A stretch of 33,806 bases of DNA from Macrostomum lignano (lineage: Eukaryota): assembly GCA_002269645.1 (NCBI GenBank), contig NIVC01004835.1, positions 1-33,806 on the forward strand, given 5' to 3'. The notes below the pieces were generated by a model that worked only from the letters and a program-made list of their open reading frames with translations, had not been told where the DNA came from and did not search any database. The number at the start of each line of letters is the position of its first letter. The stretch's first letter is position 1. The position numbers and the translations under genes were made by a program. Positions 19,944-33,806 of this stretch are shown in pieces.

Positions 19944-22078
19944 GTATTCAACAAAGATACAGAATAAAAATCTACCTTTTTTGTCATTGTTCATGAATCA
20001 CGAGTATGAGTACTAGCAGCAAAGTAGTTTTCAAAAGGAACGCGACTTTCTGCTCTCTCTTTAAACTTCTATCATTTCCTAGAAAGAGCAGCGTTGCTGA
20101 CTGCACACCTACAATTATGATCTGGAGAGGTGCACCACAAGGTGCATTTGTTTCCCAAGGATTTGTACGAGAGATGGAGATGGGATCTACCGAGTGTATT
20201 GGTAGTATAAGACTGACAGAAACAGGACGAAATCGTTTCTGTCAGTTGCACCACATGCATTGCTTATTTATGCACTTCAATCCGTGATGGATCGCATGGG
20301 AGTCTGCGCCAAGAACGTACTGCCTGCCAGATACCCCAATATGGTAAAAAGACGCCGTTTTTTGTACCAAAAGACTCGCCTTTGGTTTTGTCATGGTTTC
20401 ACCGTTTTGCCCAGTGCAAAGTCAAGGTAAAATCTTATGCTACTGAAATATAATTATATGCGTGCTGCTTATGCAACGCTTGTATTCTGGATTAATTACT
20501 TTTTTAATATTTTACACACACTGGATAGGCGTCTTGGTCTTCCTACTCAGTTTTCAGCCAGCACGATAGGTCTGGTTACAGCTGGATGCTATAATTAAAC
20601 GCTGCAAAAAACTCAGAGGTATCAGTTAAAACCGAGTTTTCCTCTTTTATGAGAAGCATTGTAGGAGCAATTGGCAATGCAGGGTCTGGAGATTTCGGAT
20701 CCCATAATGTTTTTTGTTGCTAGACGAGTTGAAGCTAGCTCTGGATTCCCCGACAGCCCATAGATATTGCATTTCTACTATTCTAAAGTCGGCATTAACC
20801 TACCTGATCAGGTCATACATTTGAGCATTTAAACATTTCTGAGCATCTATATTCTACATTTGAACACTCCTTCCATGACCTCACCAGCGCACTCTACGAC
20901 TCCAACTCGTAGGAAGGGAGGAAGGATGTTGGCACGAAGCCCGACGCTCAGGAGGTCACTCGTTCTGGTTTTTTTAAATTGGGTACTGATTATTCAGGAG
21001 GATGTATGTGCAGCCTTCTATCCGATACAGATGCAAACATCCAATGATGCGTGCTGTCGATGATATCAGCCAGACGGTGCGAACAATATTGGCCATTATG
21101 GCTAGTAACGAAGCCACTTTCTGGGTGGAAAACCTTTTGTTAAAGTGTCTACAAGAAACAATTGGAAACTCTGGCACTCAATCTTTCAGGCTGTGAATAA
21201 AAAAAAGGAAAAGTGGACTTAATTTTGTAAAATAGTGAGCTGCAAAAATCCAGATCTGCACGTCTGGTTTACTAGTCCTAGCAGACATCCGATTTCTGCC
21301 GCCCTTGATGACAACATTATAGGTTTCTTAGTGATTTAGCCGACTCAATCGACCAATCTCAGTGTGGTAAAGGACGCGCGCGCAATCGAACTATCACATT
21401 GGAGACGAAATCAGCAATTGTTCATCTCTTTGCGTGGCATGGTAGATTTCTGCTCGGAAATTCTACTCAATTGGTGTTTCCTACATCCTTACGTCTAGAG
21501 TGGTGGGAATTAGTTCATATCTAAGGAGCAGGTATTACTGAGTACACGGCTTATGTTCTGTTCGCCACAATCGCTGAGCACTTTTTTCCATCTATATTAA
21601 TTACAACATTCAAAATGCTTCTCGATACGTTCTCTTTAGGACTCGTAAAGAAACGATCAAAAGTAGCCCAATCATCTGTTCCGATGCAAGATAGCAAAGC
21701 AAAGAAACTCATGAACACCTGAGTGTTTTGTTTCTCTCAAGATATGTTCATGTGATTATCTGCATAAGCACGAAACTCCAGACGCAGTTATTTAATTAAA
21801 ATTTCAAAAATACGTTAGCATAGATCCTTATACATTCTGGAACTGTAGTACTCTAGATCTCTAGTTCTGGTCTGGTCAAATCTGTTAATTCTCAAACCGG
21901 ATTTTCAACAGGTACCCATCACTATGGCATCCACAGAGACTTGCTGAGCATACTGTTCACTTCATCCTATGCAACATGCAAAAGCTTGCGACGGGCTAGC
22001 TGCCTAACTCGCTGATACGAGCTAGTATGCGTCCGAAACGAATACTAGCAGACTGGTAATGCTAGGCTTTGAATTGTA

Positions 22079-22170
22079 ACTACTAACTAACTAACTAATT
22101 AACTAACTAACTAAGTAAGTAAGTAACTCACTAACTAACTGACTAACGACTTTGTAACTAACTAATTTAT
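22079..22170. repeat. Degenerate (CTAA)n/(GTAA)n microsatellite
   Basis: Directly visible: actaactaactaactaattaactaactaactaagtaagtaag.. Confidence 0.85.
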
Positions 22171-22426
22171 TAAGTAAAATCAAGCAGTGACTCCCCCGAT
22201 AAAATGGCAGTCAAATGGCTGGACACTATTGCTCAGCATAAATTAATTTACCAATGGGAATTTCCACTTCCGGCGAGTGTATTGGCTGCTGAGCACGCTG
22301 TCCAATGACAGTCAAGCCAGGCGCTTTTAAAAATCCTTGAATACCTTGTCCTGCTCTGTCTCCGCTGTCAACTTCATTATCCTTTGCATCGCACTTAGAC
22401 AGGGGCGGAAATCTCCTCTCGAAGTC

Positions 22427-32603
<10,177 letters not shown>

Positions 32604-33806
32604 AGAGTTAACTGGACCTATAATTGAACTTTGATCGGATGTCATGCATATACTCTCGTGAATGTAATCTGTTGAATTCGTTTGGTAAACCAACCTTTGT
32701 CACCACTTTGCTCCACGTATTTCTATGTTTGTCTGGTTTCCAATATGATCAAACTGTGTTCTACCGGCGTTAACTTAAGCAAATTTAGCTATTAGCTATT
32801 ATTAGGCCGGCAAGAAATTTATTAAATTATTTTCTAAAATCCCTGGCACCATCGTTTGATCCACTTGTCTGTGTGATTGTTACTTTGATATTTTTTATGT
32901 TGTGTACCGCTTTCAGAAGCACAGGCAATATTTATCATCAAAGGAACGCTCACTTTCCCGAGCACCTGTAGTTTTCTGTCGTTGTGAAATCTCAGTCTTG
33001 TGTCAGCCGCCCTCTAAAGGATTTTTTATTCAAGCTAGCGCTCGTCTGCAGCTGTTTAGACTGCCCCCAACAGGTATTTAAATATAATTTTATTGTACCA
33101 TAAATTGCACCATTATTACTTAAATATTACTTAAAATTGCAGCATAACAATCCACTTTCCTTGTGGCACTTTCCACACAGAGAACTAGTAACTACTCGTA
33201 ACTTAACGAGCTAAATATCATTAATGCTACTCAACAGTTTTACTCAGCTTATTTTGACCAGTAATTTGACATTTGATGAGAGTTCACCAAAAAATACAGA
33301 GTTCCAAACATGGTCAACAGTGTAAATTCAGAAGTACTCTGCCAGAAAATTGAAGCAGCACGGCGCAGGGCAAACATTTTCGTGGAAATTATAACCCGGA
33401 GCCTGGAAAGGTTGCCGTGAATTCATCGACAAATTCAGTCTCTACACAAATTTCCGAATTCATCTTAAAAGCAACATCTAAAAGTACTAACATCTAAAAG
33501 TACTAGGACTTACTATTGATAAATCAACTGATAACCAAGGGCAATAGGCTTTTAGCATAGCGAGCTAAAATAAAAAATAGCTGCTTGTAAACAAGGTCGT
33601 GACAATCAAGCAACATAAGCTTTAGTTGATTACTACAATTTACAATAGAATACTCATCAATTTAATTAGTCACAAATTCAAATTTGACGACCAAGTAAAG
33701 ATTTGAATGCTCTCTATCACGGAATCCTCATGCGTCGATTTTTTGCCCTGAAAGCGACTCTGATACTACTAATTGGATACGAGTTAGTAGAACCCCAGTC
33801 AGTGGA

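Noticed and set aside
19990-21200. Short ORFs between the retrotransposon and the GPCR
   Set aside because: They are 60-93 aa, several with non-ATG starts, and show no motif or consistent splice pattern.

Overview
Eukaryotic (invertebrate animal) genomic DNA: AT-rich introns and intergenic sequence, GC-richer exons and canonical GT-AG introns. The style resembles a flatworm or other lophotrochozoan, which is inference only. Three host genes were reconstructed by hand: (1) a multi-exon DEG/ENaC-family channel, closest in motif to FaNaC-type channels (minus strand, 4036-11008); (2) a ZnT2/3/8-type SLC30 zinc transporter whose whole CDS is one exon (minus, 13668-14783); (3) a five-exon histamine-H1-like aminergic GPCR (plus, 22427-32603). 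Mobile DNA includes a decayed Penelope-like GIY-YIG endonuclease fragment (11799-12098) and a decayed Ngaro-like tyrosine-recombinase retrotransposon (16465-19943; gag Zn finger, RT, RNase H, YR) whose split direct repeats are in a non-canonical order. Two intronic minisatellite arrays are each enclosed by inverted repeats (9122-9675, 28299-30367). A 15-bp minisatellite family occurs in introns of two different genes, and there is a ~715-bp (GATA)n tract. The long ORFs in the track over the tandem arrays, and those antisense to ZnT and the GPCR, are artefacts. No rRNA, tRNA or CRISPR features were found.
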